Origin: Acidobacteriota bacterium
Lineage (GTDB): Bacteria > Acidobacteriota > Thermoanaerobaculia > Multivoradales > JAHEKO01
DNA: 64,000 bases
Assembly: GCA_029862975.1 (NCBI GenBank)
Contig: JAOTWP010000001.1
Location: forward strand, 11,676-75,675
Reading direction: 5' to 3'
The position numbers and the translations under genes are program-made. Positions 42,289-54,289 of this stretch are shown here, in pieces. The notes under the pieces were generated by a model. The model had not been told where the DNA came from. It was given only the letters and a program-made list of their open reading frames with translations, and made no database searches. How positions within the stretch are numbered: position 1 is the stretch's first letter; each line of letters begins with the position of its first letter.

Positions 42289-42774
42289 ATGAAACGCACC
42301 TCGGCACGACGCTACCGGCGCCTCCGCCAGGGCGGCTACACGCTCACCGAGATGGTCATCGTGTGCATCCTGCTGGTGTCGCTGACCGCCGCCGCCCTGC
42401 CGATCGGGCGGGTCGCCGCGAAACGGTCGAAGGAAGCCGACCTGAGCCTGGCGCTGCGGCTCATGCGCAACGCGATCGACGAGTACAAGCGCTTCTCCGA
42501 CGCCGGCCTGATCCCCATCGAGCTGGGCTCGGACGGCTATCCTCCCGATCTCGAGACCCTCGTCGAGGGCATCGACGTCGTGGGCCAGATCGACGCTCGA
42601 GTGCGCTTCCTGCGGCGCATCCCCGTCGACCCGATGACGGGCGAGGCCGAGTGGGGCCTGCGCGCCTACGACGACGACTGGGACGACGATTCGTGGGGCG
42701 GCGGCAGCGTCTACGACGTCTACTCGCAGAGCGAGGGCGTGGGCCTCAACGACGTGGAGTACCGCCTGTGGTGA
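42289..42774 (+). CDS. GspG-like pseudopilin 1
   Basis: Prepilin-like RQGGYTLTEMVIVCILLV with Glu5. GspG-type YPPDLETLVEG..RRIPVDPMTGEAEWG. Confidence 0.75.
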   Translation: MKRTSARRYRRLRQGGYTLTEMVIVCILLVSLTAAALPIGRVAAKRSKEADLSLALRLMRNAIDEYKRFSDAGLIPIELGSDGYPPDLETLVEGIDVVGQIDARVRFLRRIPVDPMTGEAEWGLRAYDDDWDDDSWGGGSVYDVYSQSEGVGLNDVEYRLW

Positions 42775-43208
42775 TCGTCGGCGCGCGGCGCGCGGCCCGC
42801 CGGCCCGGGTTCACCCTCCTCGAGCTGATCATCGTCGTGACGATGATCGGCATCCTGGCGACCATCGCGCTGCCGGCGCTCAAGGACTGGCCGCGGCGCG
42901 CCAACGAAGCCGTGCTCAAGAACAACCTGCGCACGATCCGCGACGTCATCGACCAGTACCACGGCGACAAGGGGTACTACCCGCCGGATCTCGAGGAGCT
43001 GGTGGACGAAGGCTACCTGCGGTCGGTTCCGCTCGATCCGATGACCAAGCGCACGGACACCTGGGTGCTCGTCTTCGAGGAGGTGGACGCCGACGCGCCG
43101 CCGGCGGAGACCGAGCTCAACGAGACCGGGGCGCCCGGGGTCCTGGACGTCCACTCGGGCTCGGACGCCGTGAGTCTCAAAGACGAGCAGCCCTACAGCG
43201 AATGGTAG
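42771..43208 (+). CDS. GspG-like pseudopilin 2
   Basis: RRPGFTLLELIIVVTMIGILATIALP. YYPPDLEELVDEGYLRSVPLDPMT. GTGA overlap with the upstream gene. Confidence 0.8.
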   Translation: MIVGARRAARRPGFTLLELIIVVTMIGILATIALPALKDWPRRANEAVLKNNLRTIRDVIDQYHGDKGYYPPDLEELVDEGYLRSVPLDPMTKRTDTWVLVFEEVDADAPPAETELNETGAPGVLDVHSGSDAVSLKDEQPYSEW

Positions 43209-43966
43209 GGCGGACCCCGAGGCGAGAGCGTCCGCGGCCGGCCGCCGAGTCCGGCTACAACCTCGTGTTCCTGGCCGTGCTCTTCAGCCTGATGAGCGTG
43301 ATGCTGGCGGCCGCGCTGCCCGATCTCGAAAAGCAGATCCAGCGCCACAAGGAGAGCGAGCTGATCTTCCGCGGCCTCCAGTACGCGGAGGCGATCCGCG
43401 TCTTCCAGCAGCGCTTCGGGCGCTACCCCAACACCCTCGACGAGCTTCTGGAGGTCGAGCCCCGCTCCATCCGCCAGCTCTGGAAGGACCCGATGAGCCC
43501 CGAGGGTGACTGGGCGCTCGTGCTGGCCGCCGGCACCCCGCAGTCGGGGGGCGAGGGGTCCGAGGACGAGGATGGGGCCGGCCGCGAGCTCACCGGGGCG
43601 GCCGCTCCCACCTCGAACTTCCGGCTCGGGGCCGCAAGCGGCGCGCAGCTCGCCGCGGGGCCGATCCAGGGCGTGGCCACGCGCAAGAAAGGCAAGGCGA
43701 TGCGGACCTTCATGGGCAAGGACCGCTACGAGGAGTGGCGCTTCACCGTCAGCATCCTGCCCAAGCCGCAGGTGGTGCCGGGCACCGACATGATCGTCCG
43801 CGCCAGCGTCGAGAGCCTCGGCAAGCCCTTCCCGTTCGGCCTCGAGGCGCAGCTGCCCGGAGGCACCGGCGGGGGGCAGGAGCTCGGTGGCGGCGGGGGT
43901 CCGCAGAGCCTCTTCGAGGACGAAGAGGACGAAGAGGACGAAGAGGACGAAGAGGACGGCCGGTGA
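43202..43966 (+). CDS. divergent pseudopilin-like protein lacking Glu5, with poly-acidic C-terminal tail
   Basis: [25 protein letters not shown] (Phe at +5). GspG-like [21 protein letters not shown]-terminus [16 protein letters not shown]. Confidence 0.65.
   Translation: MVGRTPRRERPRPAAESGYNLVFLAVLFSLMSVMLAAALPDLEKQIQRHKESELIFRGLQYAEAIRVFQQRFGRYPNTLDELLEVEPRSIRQLWKDPMSPEGDWALVLAAGTPQSGGEGSEDEDGAGRELTGAAAPTSNFRLGAASGAQLAAGPIQGVATRKKGKAMRTFMGKDRYEEWRFTVSILPKPQVVPGTDMIVRASVESLGKPFPFGLEAQLPGGTGGGQELGGGGGPQSLFEDEEDEEDEEDEEDGR
43916..43957 (+). repeat. in-frame 9-bp tandem repeat (GAGGACGAA x4.7) encoding (EDE)n
   Basis: Read directly: gaggacgaagaggacgaagaggacgaagaggacgaagaggac. Confidence 0.9.
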
Positions 43967-44415
43967 GCCGGGGAGTGCGCCTGGGCATCCGGCGCCTCCC
44001 CAACGGCGCCGGCCTCGCCCTGCCGGCGCCGGCGTCGCCGGGGGCGAGCGGTCTCGATCTCCCGGCCGCCGTGACCTCGCCGCTGGTGCTGGGGCCGGGG
44101 CGGCGGGCCCTCGTCGCCTGCGGTCTCGCCCTCGAGATCCCGCCCGGCTGGGAGGGCCAGGTGCGGCCGCGCAGCGGTCTCGCCGCCCGCCACGGAGTCA
44201 CCGTGCTCAACGCCCCGGGGACCATCGACAGCGACTACCGCGGCGAGGTCAAGGTGCTCCTCGTCAACCACGGCGACGCGCCGTTCACGGTCGAGCGCGG
44301 CGACCGCATCGCCCAGCTCGTGCTGTGCGAGGTCGCCCGCGGCGTCGAGGTGCGCGAGCTCGACGCCCTGACCCCCACGGCGCGCGGCGGGGGCGGCTTC
44401 GGGTCGACGGGATAG
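43963..44415 (+). CDS. dut: dUTP diphosphatase
   Basis: [41 protein letters not shown] motifs. GTG start in a GTGA overlap. Confidence 0.9.
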   Translation: MSRGVRLGIRRLPNGAGLALPAPASPGASGLDLPAAVTSPLVLGPGRRALVACGLALEIPPGWEGQVRPRSGLAARHGVTVLNAPGTIDSDYRGEVKVLLVNHGDAPFTVERGDRIAQLVLCEVARGVEVRELDALTPTARGGGGFGSTG

Positions 44416-44418
44416 CCG

Positions 44419-44643
44419 TCAGGGGGCCTTGGGGCTCGCCCGCGGCCGGCCGGCGATCGCCTGCATGAGCTCGTCGACGATCTCGCGCAGCTCGACGGTG
44501 TAGGCGGCGAGGTCGCGGGCCCGGGCGTCGAGCTCCTCGACCGTCGGGCGGTGCAGGGAGACCTTCGGCCGCACCTTGTAGGTCGAGGTCTCGTCCAGCA
44601 GCTGCAGTCGTTCGTAGACGGCGCGAAAGCGATCGGGATCCAT
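44419..44643 (-). CDS. small hypothetical protein (74 aa)
   Basis: Balanced, helix-rich composition unlike GC-noise ORFs. ATG start. Convergent with dut. Confidence 0.5.
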   Translation of the reverse strand: MDPDRFRAVYERLQLLDETSTYKVRPKVSLHRPTVEELDARARDLAAYTVELREIVDELMQAIAGRPRASPKAP

Positions 44644-44693
44644 GGCGACTCCGTGGGGTGCGGCTCCGTTGGTGGCGGCCCCGTTGGTGGCGG

Positions 44694-45035
44694 CTAGTTC
44701 CGCCGCAGGGCGCGGACGACGACGTTGAAGGCGGTGAGCACCAGGCCGCCGAGGATGGCGGGCAGGCAGCCTGCGACCTCGAGGCCGTCGAGCAGCCCGG
44801 CGGCGAGCCAGAACATGAGGCCGTTGATGACGAGGTAGAAGAGCCCGAACGTCAGGAGCACCGCCGGCAGCGCGAGGATCGTCACGACGGGCTTCACGAG
44901 CACGTTGATGAGGCCGATGACGGCGCCGGCGAGCAGCAGATAGACGAGCCCGCCGTCGTAGGAGACGCCCGGCACGATGCGGGCCGCCAGCAGGAGGCCG
45001 ACGCCGTTCAGAACCACCCGGGCCAGCACGTTCAT
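44694..45035 (-). CDS. small 4-TM membrane protein, YvlD/phage_holin_4_2 (PF04020)-like
   Basis: NGVGLLLAARIVPGV..LLAGAVIGLINVLVKPVVTILALP..GLFYLVINGLMFWLAA pattern. Confidence 0.7.
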   Translation of the reverse strand: MNVLARVVLNGVGLLLAARIVPGVSYDGGLVYLLLAGAVIGLINVLVKPVVTILALPAVLLTFGLFYLVINGLMFWLAAGLLDGLEVAGCLPAILGGLVLTAFNVVVRALRRN

Positions 45036-45101
45036 CGGGTCTCCGTGCGGCCGCTCGGCCGGCGAGTCTCGGGGTGCGGCCGTCTCTTCACGGGCTGCCT
45101 T

Positions 45102-45686
45102 TCAGTTGACGGTCGAGCCGTCGTCCGCCAGCCAGACGCCCAGGTTCTCGAGATCGACCCCGGCGGCCCGCATCGCGGAGCTCCACACGATCCCCGGATC
45201 GGTGGCGAAGAGCAGCTCCTGGGTCGGCGGCGTGAGCAGCCAGTCGTTGCGCTCGATCTCCGCCGTCAGCTGCCCCTCGCCCCAGCCGGCGTAGCCCAGC
45301 ACGAAGCGGAAGAACCCCGGCGGCTCCGCCGCCAGCGCCGCGAGGCTCGCGATGTGCTGCGTCATGAGCAGCCCCGGCAGGAGCTCGGTCACCGTCTCCT
45401 CGTCGACGGCGATCCGGTCGTCGGCGCTGCGGTGGAAGAGCACCGTCCCCAGCTGCGGCTGCACCGGCCCGCCGAAGAACGCGGCCTCGCCCTGGTCGCC
45501 GCGCCACGCGATCTCGAGCCCGTCGAGGATCTCCGCCACCCGGAGCCCGGTCGTGCGATTGATGATGAACCCGATGCTGCCCTCCTCCGAGTGCTGGAGC
45601 AGCAGCACGACGCTCTGGCGAAAGAACGGATCGAGCACCTGCGGCGTGGCCAGGAGCAGCACGGGAGTCTGGAGCTCCGTCGGCAT
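45102..45686 (-). CDS. YqgE/AlgH family protein (UPF0301)
   Basis: LLATPQVLDPFFRQSVVLLLQHSEEGSIGFIINR..FFGGPVQP..GYAGWGEGQL. Confidence 0.85.
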   Translation of the reverse strand: MPTELQTPVLLLATPQVLDPFFRQSVVLLLQHSEEGSIGFIINRTTGLRVAEILDGLEIAWRGDQGEAAFFGGPVQPQLGTVLFHRSADDRIAVDEETVTELLPGLLMTQHIASLAALAAEPPGFFRFVLGYAGWGEGQLTAEIERNDWLLTPPTQELLFATDPGIVWSSAMRAAGVDLENLGVWLADDGSTVN

Positions 45687-45747
45687 GGGCCGATCTTACC
45701 GCTTCGTGCGGCCGGCGAAAGGCGCGGCGCCGCGAGGCCGCCCACGG

Positions 45748-45772
45748 AAAAAGGCCGCGATCGCTCGCGGCC
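45748..45772 (-). terminator. rho-independent terminator downstream of tRNA-fMet
   Basis: Minus strand: GGCCGCGA-GCGA-TCGCGGCC followed by TTTTT. Confidence 0.8.
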
Positions 45773-45782
45773 TTGGGTTCTC

Positions 45783-47676
<1,894 letters not shown>

Positions 47677-48879
47677 ATGCGCAGCGGAATCAAGTTCCTG
47701 CTCGAGAACTCCCTCTTCCTCATCCTCGGCGCCGTGGCCGGCCTCCTCTGGGCCAACCTCGACCACCAGGGCTACGAGGCGCTGCTCCACTTCCCGATCC
47801 TGCACAACGACTGGATCGGGGTGCTGCACGAAGGCCATCGGGTGGTCAACCTGCACTACCTCGTGAACGACTTCCTGATGGCGCTCTTCTTCGCCATCGC
47901 CGGCAAGGAGGTGTGGGAGGCGTTCCTGCCCGGCGGGCCCCTGAGCGAGCCGAAGAAGGCGGCGACGCCGCTCATGGCGACGCTGGGCGGCGTCATCGTC
48001 CCGGCCCTGATCTACCTCGGCGGCGCGGGCTTCATCGGACGGCTGCCGGAGCTGGCGACCGGCTGGGCGGTGCCGTGCGCGACGGACATCGCCTTCAGCT
48101 ACATGGTCGCGCGGTTCATCTTCGGCGCCGGCCACGCGGCCATCCCTTTTCTGCTGCTGCTGGCGATCGCCGACGACGCCATCGGGCTCGTGATCATCGC
48201 CGTGGCCTACCCCCAGGAAGAGCTGCGGCTGGTCTGGCTGCTGCTCGTCGTCACCGGCATCCTCGCGTGCGTCTTCATCCGCAGGCTGCGCATCCACAGC
48301 TTCTGGCCCTACCTGCTCGTCGGCGGAACGCTGTCCTGGCTGGGCTTCGCGCTCTCCGGCCTCCATCCCGCCCTGGGACTGCTGCCGATCATTCCGGTGA
48401 TCCCCCACGCCCACGTCGACCGGGGTCTTTTCGACTGGAGCCGGATCGAGGAAGACGACACCCTGACGCGCTTCGAGCACTGGTGGAAGAACCCGGTCGA
48501 GCTGATCCTGGGAGCCTTCGGCCTGCTCAACGCCGGCGTCGTGGTCAGCTCCGTGGGGGCCGCGACCTGGCTCGTGCTGGCCGGCCTGCTGATCGGCAAG
48601 CCCCTTGGCATCTGGGGCTTCGGCATGATCGCCGCCAAGGGCCTGCGCTTCGGCATGCCGCCCGGCCTGCGGACGCGCGACCTCGTGGTGATCGGGTTCG
48701 CCGCGGCCATCGGCTTCACGGTCGCGCTCTTCGTGGCGACGGTGGCGTTCCCGGCGGGCGCGGCCCAGGACGCGGCGAAGATGGGGGCGCTCGGCTCCTT
48801 CCTCGCGGCCGGCGTGACCTGGCTCGCGGCGCGGATCGTCGGCGTCACCAAGGTCGAGGCTCCAGACTCGCGCTCCTGA
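47677..48879 (+). CDS. nhaA: Na+/H+ antiporter NhaA
   Basis: About 12 TM. GWAVPCATDIAF, FLLLLAIADDAIGLVIIA. Confidence 0.85.
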   Translation: MRSGIKFLLENSLFLILGAVAGLLWANLDHQGYEALLHFPILHNDWIGVLHEGHRVVNLHYLVNDFLMALFFAIAGKEVWEAFLPGGPLSEPKKAATPLMATLGGVIVPALIYLGGAGFIGRLPELATGWAVPCATDIAFSYMVARFIFGAGHAAIPFLLLLAIADDAIGLVIIAVAYPQEELRLVWLLLVVTGILACVFIRRLRIHSFWPYLLVGGTLSWLGFALSGLHPALGLLPIIPVIPHAHVDRGLFDWSRIEEDDTLTRFEHWWKNPVELILGAFGLLNAGVVVSSVGAATWLVLAGLLIGKPLGIWGFGMIAAKGLRFGMPPGLRTRDLVVIGFAAAIGFTVALFVATVAFPAGAAQDAAKMGALGSFLAAGVTWLAARIVGVTKVEAPDSRS

Positions 48880-48885
48880 TGCGGC

Positions 48886-51800
48886 ATGAAGCGTGAGTTC
48901 CTGGGGGCCCTCGAAGAGCGGCTGAGGGGCTCGGCGGAGTATCGCCGGTTGGCCGAGTCGGGCCGCGCGGTGGGGCTGCCGCCGGCCGCCGCCGCCTGGG
49001 TGTGCGGCCTGCGGGCGGCGGATCTCGGCCGGCCGGTGCTGGCCGTCGTGCCGCGCGAGGGCGACGCGCTGGCGTGGGTCGAGGCCGCGAGCTGGCTGGG
49101 AGTCGAAGCCTCCTACTTCCCGCCCCAGGGGCTCACCCCCTATCAGGACGTCGAGGTGGCGGCTTCGATCCGCTCGCGCGAGATCGCGGCGCTCGACGCC
49201 TGGCGTCGCCATCGCCGGGTGCTGGTGGCGACGCCGCGCGCACTCTTCCGGCGCCTGCCGACCGTCGACGGCCTGGAAAGCGGGGTCCTGGAGCTCGTCG
49301 CGGGCCGCGAGCTGCCCATGGCGCGGGCGGCGGCCCACCTGGCGAGATACGGCTACGAGCGCGTCGACCTCGTCAGCGACGTGGGGCAGTACGCGGTGCG
49401 CGGCGGCGTGCTCGACGTCTTCGGCGCCGGCGCCGACGAGCCGCTGCGCCTCGACTACTTCGGCGACACCCTCGACTCGCTGCGCCACTTCAACCTCGAG
49501 GACCAGCGCTCGGGCGAGGAGGTCGAGCGCGCGCGCCTGCTGCCCATGAGCTTCTTTCCGCGCGACGGCGCCGCCCGCGAGCGCTTGGCCGCCGTGCTCC
49601 GCGAGCGGCACGGGCTCCGGGCCGACGATCCGGCCGTCGAGGGGCTGCGGGGGGGCGCCGGCTTCCCGGGCTGGGAGAGCCATCTCTGCGCGTCGGAGGA
49701 GAGCGTCGGGCTCGCGGAGTGGCTCCCGGACTCGTGGCTCGTCGCCTGCGAGCCGAGCGTTCTCGACGTGGAGATCGCGGCCTACGGCCGCCAGCTCGAG
49801 AGCGATTTCAAGCGCTGGGCGCAGGGGGGAAGGTGGGCCCTGCCGCCCGCGTCGCTGGCCGTCGAGCCGGAGGCCGCGCGGGCGGCCCTGGCGAGGGCGG
49901 CGCTGGCCATCGAGACCCTGGCGACCGGCCCCGGCGCCGTCGACTTCCGGTTTCGCAGCACCGAGGTCTTCCACGGTCAGCTGGCGCGCTTCCCGCACGA
50001 GGTGGCCGCGATCGGCGCCCGCGGCGAGCGGCTGGCGCTGGTCGCGGGAGACGGCCAGGAGGGCCGTCTGCGGCGCTGGTGCGAGGAGCGCGAGATCGAG
50101 ATCGACGGAACGCGGATCGTGCTCCTCGGCGGCGATCTCGAGCGCGGCTTCGAGCGGCCCGGCGAGTTCGCGATCTTCAGCGATCGCCAGCTCTTCCCCC
50201 GCCGGGCGCCGCGGCCCAAGTCGCACTTCGGGCCCTTCCTCGCCGGCCTCAGGGACCTGCGAGTCGGCGACTACGTCGTCCACCGCGACCACGGGATCGG
50301 CCAGTTCGTGGCTCTGCGCGGGGTCGCGGGCGAGGGCGACGGCCCGGTCGCGGGCCTGCCGCCGGAGCTTGCCGCCATCGCCGGGGAGACGCCTGCGGCG
50401 GGGATCGAGGTGATGGAGATCGCCTACGGCGGCGGGCAGCAGCTGCTCCTGCCGCTCTCCCGCGTCGACCTGATCGAGCGCTACAGCGGGATCGAGTCGG
50501 TGGCGCCGCGCCTCGATCGGCTGGGTGGATCGTCGTGGCGGCGGCGCCAGGACCGGGTGCGCGGCAGCGTCCGGCGGTTGGCCGTCGACCTGCTCGAGCT
50601 CTACGCCGAGCGGCGCCTGGCGAGGGCCCCGGCGATGCCGCCGGCGACCGATCTCTACGCCCAGTTCGAGGCCGCCTTCCCGTACGAGGAGACCCCGGAT
50701 CAGTCGAGCGCCGTCCGCAGCCTCTTCGAGGACATGGGAGGCGAGCGGCCGATGGACCGCCTGCTGTGCGGCGACGTGGGCTTCGGCAAGACGGAGGTGG
50801 CGATGCGGGCCGCGTTCCGGGCCGTCGAGGGCGGCTACCAGGTCGCCGTGCTCGCGCCGACGACCATCCTGGCGGATCAGCACCTCGAGACCTTCCGCGC
50901 CCGCTTCGCGGGCTTCCCGGTCACCGTCGAGATGGTCTCGCGTTTCCGCTCCCCCCAGGAGATCCGGGAGATCGCCCGCCGCCTGGCCGCGGGCGAGGTC
51001 GACATCCTGATCGGCACCCATCGCCTGCTGAGCCGGGACATCGCCCTGCCCGCGCTCGGACTTCTGATCGTCGACGAGGAGCAGCGGTTCGGCGTCGCCC
51101 AGAAGGAGAAGCTGCGCGAGCTCAAGAAGAACGTGCACGTCCTCGCGATGTCGGCGACGCCGGTGCCGCGAACGCTGCAGCTCTCGCTGGCGGGGGTGCG
51201 CGACCTCTCGGTCATCGAGACCCCGCCGCGCGACCGCATGGCCGTCGAGACGGCGGTCCTGCCGCTCGACGACGAGACCGTGCTCGAAGCCATCGACTTC
51301 GAGCTCGAGCGCGGCGGGCAGGTCTACTTCGTCTACAACCGCGTCGAGGGGATCGAGGAGATCGCGGAGTGGCTGCGAGCGCTCAAGCCGGACCTGCGGC
51401 TGACCATCGGCCACGGCCAGCTGCCCGAGAACGAGCTCATGGAGCGGATGCACGCCTTCAAGCGCGGCGAGCACGACGTCCTGCTGGCGACGACCATCAT
51501 CGAGAACGGCATCGACATCTCGAACGTCAACACGATGCTGATCCACCGCGCCGACCGCTTCGGGCTGTCGCAGCTCTACCAGCTCCGCGGCCGGGTCGGG
51601 CGCGGCGACCGGCTGGCCTACTGCTACCTGCTCGTCGCGTCGGACCGGTCGCCGAGCGAGGAGGCGCGCAAGCGGCTGGCGGCGATTCGCGAGTTCTCCG
51701 AGCTGGGGGCCGGCTTCCGGGTGGCGGCGCGCGACCTCGAGATCCGCGGCGCCGGCAACCTCCTCGGGGCCGAGCAGAGCGGACACATCGCCGCCGTCGG

Positions 51801-52296
51801 GCTCGAGACCTATCTGCGGCTGCTCGAAGAGACCGTTCGCGCGCTCCAGGGGGAGGAGACGGCGGCCCCGCCGTCGGCGATCATCGACCTGCCCGTGACG
51901 ATGACCATTCCCGAGACCTACGTCGCGGACGCCAACCTGCGCATGGAGATCTACCGGCGCGTGGCGCGCGCCCCGGACCGCGAGGAGATCCTCGCGGAGC
52001 TCCGGGACCGCTTCGGCGAGCCGCCCGAGAGCGTGCGGACGCTCGTCGACGTGGCGCAGCTCAAGGCGCTGGCCGAGTCGGTCGGCGTACAATCGGTGGC
52101 GGCGAGAGGCGGCCGGCTGCAGTTCAGGCTGCGGCGCGACAGTCGGATCGATCTCGATCGTCTGGTGCGGTGGATCGGAGAGCGGCAAGACGTCACGTTC
52201 AGCCCGTCGGGCGTGCTCGGCCTGCGGCTGGCCGCCGGCCGGCCGGTCCTCGCGGCCGCCGCCGAGACGCTGCGTGAGATCGTGGGAGACGCGTGA
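48886..52296 (+). CDS. mfd: transcription-repair coupling factor
   Basis: UvrB-homology N-terminus, CarD-like RID (GDYVVHRDHGIGQF), helicase motifs GDVGFGKTEVA / DEEQRFG / SATPVPRTL / QLYQLRGRVGR, TRCF C-terminal domain. Confidence 0.95.
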   Translation: MKREFLGALEERLRGSAEYRRLAESGRAVGLPPAAAAWVCGLRAADLGRPVLAVVPREGDALAWVEAASWLGVEASYFPPQGLTPYQDVEVAASIRSREIAALDAWRRHRRVLVATPRALFRRLPTVDGLESGVLELVAGRELPMARAAAHLARYGYERVDLVSDVGQYAVRGGVLDVFGAGADEPLRLDYFGDTLDSLRHFNLEDQRSGEEVERARLLPMSFFPRDGAARERLAAVLRERHGLRADDPAVEGLRGGAGFPGWESHLCASEESVGLAEWLPDSWLVACEPSVLDVEIAAYGRQLESDFKRWAQGGRWALPPASLAVEPEAARAALARAALAIETLATGPGAVDFRFRSTEVFHGQLARFPHEVAAIGARGERLALVAGDGQEGRLRRWCEEREIEIDGTRIVLLGGDLERGFERPGEFAIFSDRQLFPRRAPRPKSHFGPFLAGLRDLRVGDYVVHRDHGIGQFVALRGVAGEGDGPVAGLPPELAAIAGETPAAGIEVMEIAYGGGQQLLLPLSRVDLIERYSGIESVAPRLDRLGGSSWRRRQDRVRGSVRRLAVDLLELYAERRLARAPAMPPATDLYAQFEAAFPYEETPDQSSAVRSLFEDMGGERPMDRLLCGDVGFGKTEVAMRAAFRAVEGGYQVAVLAPTTILADQHLETFRARFAGFPVTVEMVSRFRSPQEIREIARRLAAGEVDILIGTHRLLSRDIALPALGLLIVDEEQRFGVAQKEKLRELKKNVHVLAMSATPVPRTLQLSLAGVRDLSVIETPPRDRMAVETAVLPLDDETVLEAIDFELERGGQVYFVYNRVEGIEEIAEWLRALKPDLRLTIGHGQLPENELMERMHAFKRGEHDVLLATTIIENGIDISNVNTMLIHRADRFGLSQLYQLRGRVGRGDRLAYCYLLVASDRSPSEEARKRLAAIREFSELGAGFRVAARDLEIRGAGNLLGAEQSGHIAAVGLETYLRLLEETVRALQGEETAAPPSAIIDLPVTMTIPETYVADANLRMEIYRRVARAPDREEILAELRDRFGEPPESVRTLVDVAQLKALAESVGVQSVAARGGRLQFRLRRDSRIDLDRLVRWIGERQDVTFSPSGVLGLRLAAGRPVLAAAAETLREIVGDA

Positions 52297-53123
52297 GACG
52301 GATGCGATGGGAGCTGTGGGCGCTATGCGCGCTGGCCGCCGGATGCGGCCGGCCGGTGGCTCCGGCGCCCGACGTGGTGGCCCACCTGGGCGACCGCGAG
52401 CTCACCTATGCGGATTTCGAGAGCTACCTGCGGCTCAACTCGCTCGACAGCGAGGTCGGGCTCGCGAGCGGCGTGCTGAGCGGGCTCTTCGACCAGTTCC
52501 TGCGCGAGGAGCTGCTGCTCGAGACGGCCCGCGCCGAGGGACTCGAGGGGGCGGACCGCCGCCGCCTCGTGGACCGGCTGATCGGCAAGCGAGCGGCGCA
52601 GGCCGTCACGGAGGCGGACGTGGCCGGATACTACGAGGGCCACGCCGCGGAGTTCGACCTTCCGGAGCGGGTGAGCCTGCGCCAGATACTCCTGGACGAC
52701 CGCCGCCTGGCGGTCGCCGCGTTGGAGCGGCTGCGGGCAGGGGAGCCCTTCGAGGCGGTGGCCCGCAGCGTCGAGCCGGGCGCCGACGTCGGCGGCTGGG
52801 AACAGGCCGACCTGGCCCGCGACGGCGTCCCTCCGGCCTTCGCCGAGGCGATCTTCTCGCTCGCCCCCGGCGCCATCAGTGAAATCGTCGAGGCCGATTA
52901 CGGGTTCTTCATCTTCGAGGTGACCGGGCACCAGCCGGCCGAGCGGCTGCGCCTCGAGCAGGCGGCGCCCAGGATCCGGAGCAAGCTCGAGCGCGAGGCC
53001 GCGGACAAGGCCCTGTCCGAGCTGGTGGGTGAGGCGGAGCGGCGCTACAATGTCGCCGTTTTCGAGCAGAACCTGCCCTTCGACTATCGAGGCAACTACC
53101 GACCGAACGCCGCGTCCCCATGA
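52293..53123 (+). CDS. PpiC/parvulin-type peptidyl-prolyl isomerase, probable lipoprotein
   Basis: Lipobox LAAGC. Parvulin core VSLRQILL..GGWEQADLARDGVPPAFAEAIFSLAPGAISEIVEADYGFFIFEV. Start is either GTG at 52293 (GTGA overlap) or ATG at 52302. Confidence 0.8.
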   Translation: MRRMRWELWALCALAAGCGRPVAPAPDVVAHLGDRELTYADFESYLRLNSLDSEVGLASGVLSGLFDQFLREELLLETARAEGLEGADRRRLVDRLIGKRAAQAVTEADVAGYYEGHAAEFDLPERVSLRQILLDDRRLAVAALERLRAGEPFEAVARSVEPGADVGGWEQADLARDGVPPAFAEAIFSLAPGAISEIVEADYGFFIFEVTGHQPAERLRLEQAAPRIRSKLEREAADKALSELVGEAERRYNVAVFEQNLPFDYRGNYRPNAASP

Positions 53124-54208
53124 ATCGACTCCGTGCTCTCTCGCTCTGCCTGCTGTTCGCGGCCGCGGCCCTGCCGGCCGACACCAACCGCATCGTGCTG
53201 CGGGTCAACGACCACATCGCGACGCTCCACGACTACCGGAGCCGCTACTCGGAGCGGATCCGCGCCTTGCAGCGGGCCGGAATGTCGGAGACCGAGCGCA
53301 GCGAGCGCCTGTCGGAGCTCGGCGAGACCGTCTTCCGCGAGATGTTCGACGAGCTCTTGATGCTCTCGCGGGCGAGCCACCTGGGGATCGAGGTCACCGA
53401 CGAGATGGTGGCGGACTCCGTCATGCGGATGCGCGAGGCGAACGACCTCGCCACGGACGAAGAGTTCGAGGCGGCCCTCGCCCAGGCCGGGATGACGCGG
53501 GCCGTGGTCGAGGAGCAGACGCGGCGCAATCTGCTGCTGCGGCAGGTGACGGCGCAGGAGCTGCAGGAGCGCATCGAGCTCGAGGAAGAAGACCTGCGCC
53601 GTTACTACCAGGGCCACCTCGACGAGTTCGCCGTCGGTCGCCGCACCCGGCTGCGCTCGATCGTGATCCTCGAGTCGAGCGGGCTCGACGAGGCGGCGCG
53701 CGGGGCCCTGGCCGCCGAGGCCGCCGCCACGCTGCGGGACGGCGTCGACGTCGAGGCCTGGGCGAGCCGTCACCTCGAAGCGGGCGAGACGACCGGCCTG
53801 ATCGACCTCGGCTGGGTGGAGAAAGGCGATCTGGCCGCCGAGCTGGAAGAGACCGTGCGCGACCTCGAGCCGGGCGAGGTCGCCGCGCCGACGCCGAGCC
53901 GCAGCGGGCTCCACGTGCTCCAGGTGCTGGAGGTCGAGGAGGCCCACGTGCGGCCTTTCGCCGAGGTGCGCGAGCAGGTCGAGCGGCTCGAGTCGGAGCG
54001 CCTGCAGCAGGAGGCCGTGGAGAAGATGCTCGCCGACTTCGAGAAGACGTCGTACGTCCGGATCGATCCGCCGCCCGAGGCGGCCGGTTTCCGGACGACG
54101 CGAGCGGCCCGCGACCAGGACCTGGGCGAGCTCGAGGCGGCGCCCGACCCGCCCGCCGAGGCGGCGCCGGAGGCGGAAGCGCCGCCCGCCGGCGCCGGCG
54201 CTCGCTAG
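53120..54208 (+). CDS. SurA-like periplasmic chaperone / PpiC-type isomerase
   Basis: Signal peptide. SurA_N-like region (NRIVLRVNDHIATLHDY..). Parvulin core (RLRSIVI..GLIDLGWVEKGDLAAELEETVRDLEPGEVAAPTPSRSGLHVLQV). ATGA overlap. Confidence 0.8.
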   Translation: MNRLRALSLCLLFAAAALPADTNRIVLRVNDHIATLHDYRSRYSERIRALQRAGMSETERSERLSELGETVFREMFDELLMLSRASHLGIEVTDEMVADSVMRMREANDLATDEEFEAALAQAGMTRAVVEEQTRRNLLLRQVTAQELQERIELEEEDLRRYYQGHLDEFAVGRRTRLRSIVILESSGLDEAARGALAAEAAATLRDGVDVEAWASRHLEAGETTGLIDLGWVEKGDLAAELEETVRDLEPGEVAAPTPSRSGLHVLQVLEVEEAHVRPFAEVREQVERLESERLQQEAVEKMLADFEKTSYVRIDPPPEAAGFRTTRAARDQDLGELEAAPDPPAEAAPEAEAPPAGAGAR

Positions 54209-54289
54209 CGGCCGCCCGCCGCCGGAGGAGGGGCCGGCCCACCCCTCGCCGCCGCCGGTCGCGGCGGCGGCGCGAGCGTGCCGTGGGGG

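Noticed and set aside
43963-44415. Functional link between dut and the pseudopilin genes because of their GTGA coupling.
   Set aside because: dUTPase is a universal housekeeping enzyme. The coupling is most likely operon compaction typical of this genome rather than a functional association.
44694-45035. Holin-family-like small membrane protein as evidence of a prophage or lysis cassette.
   Set aside because: There are no endolysin, spanin or other phage genes nearby. The YvlD/PF04020 family is widespread as a chromosomal membrane protein.
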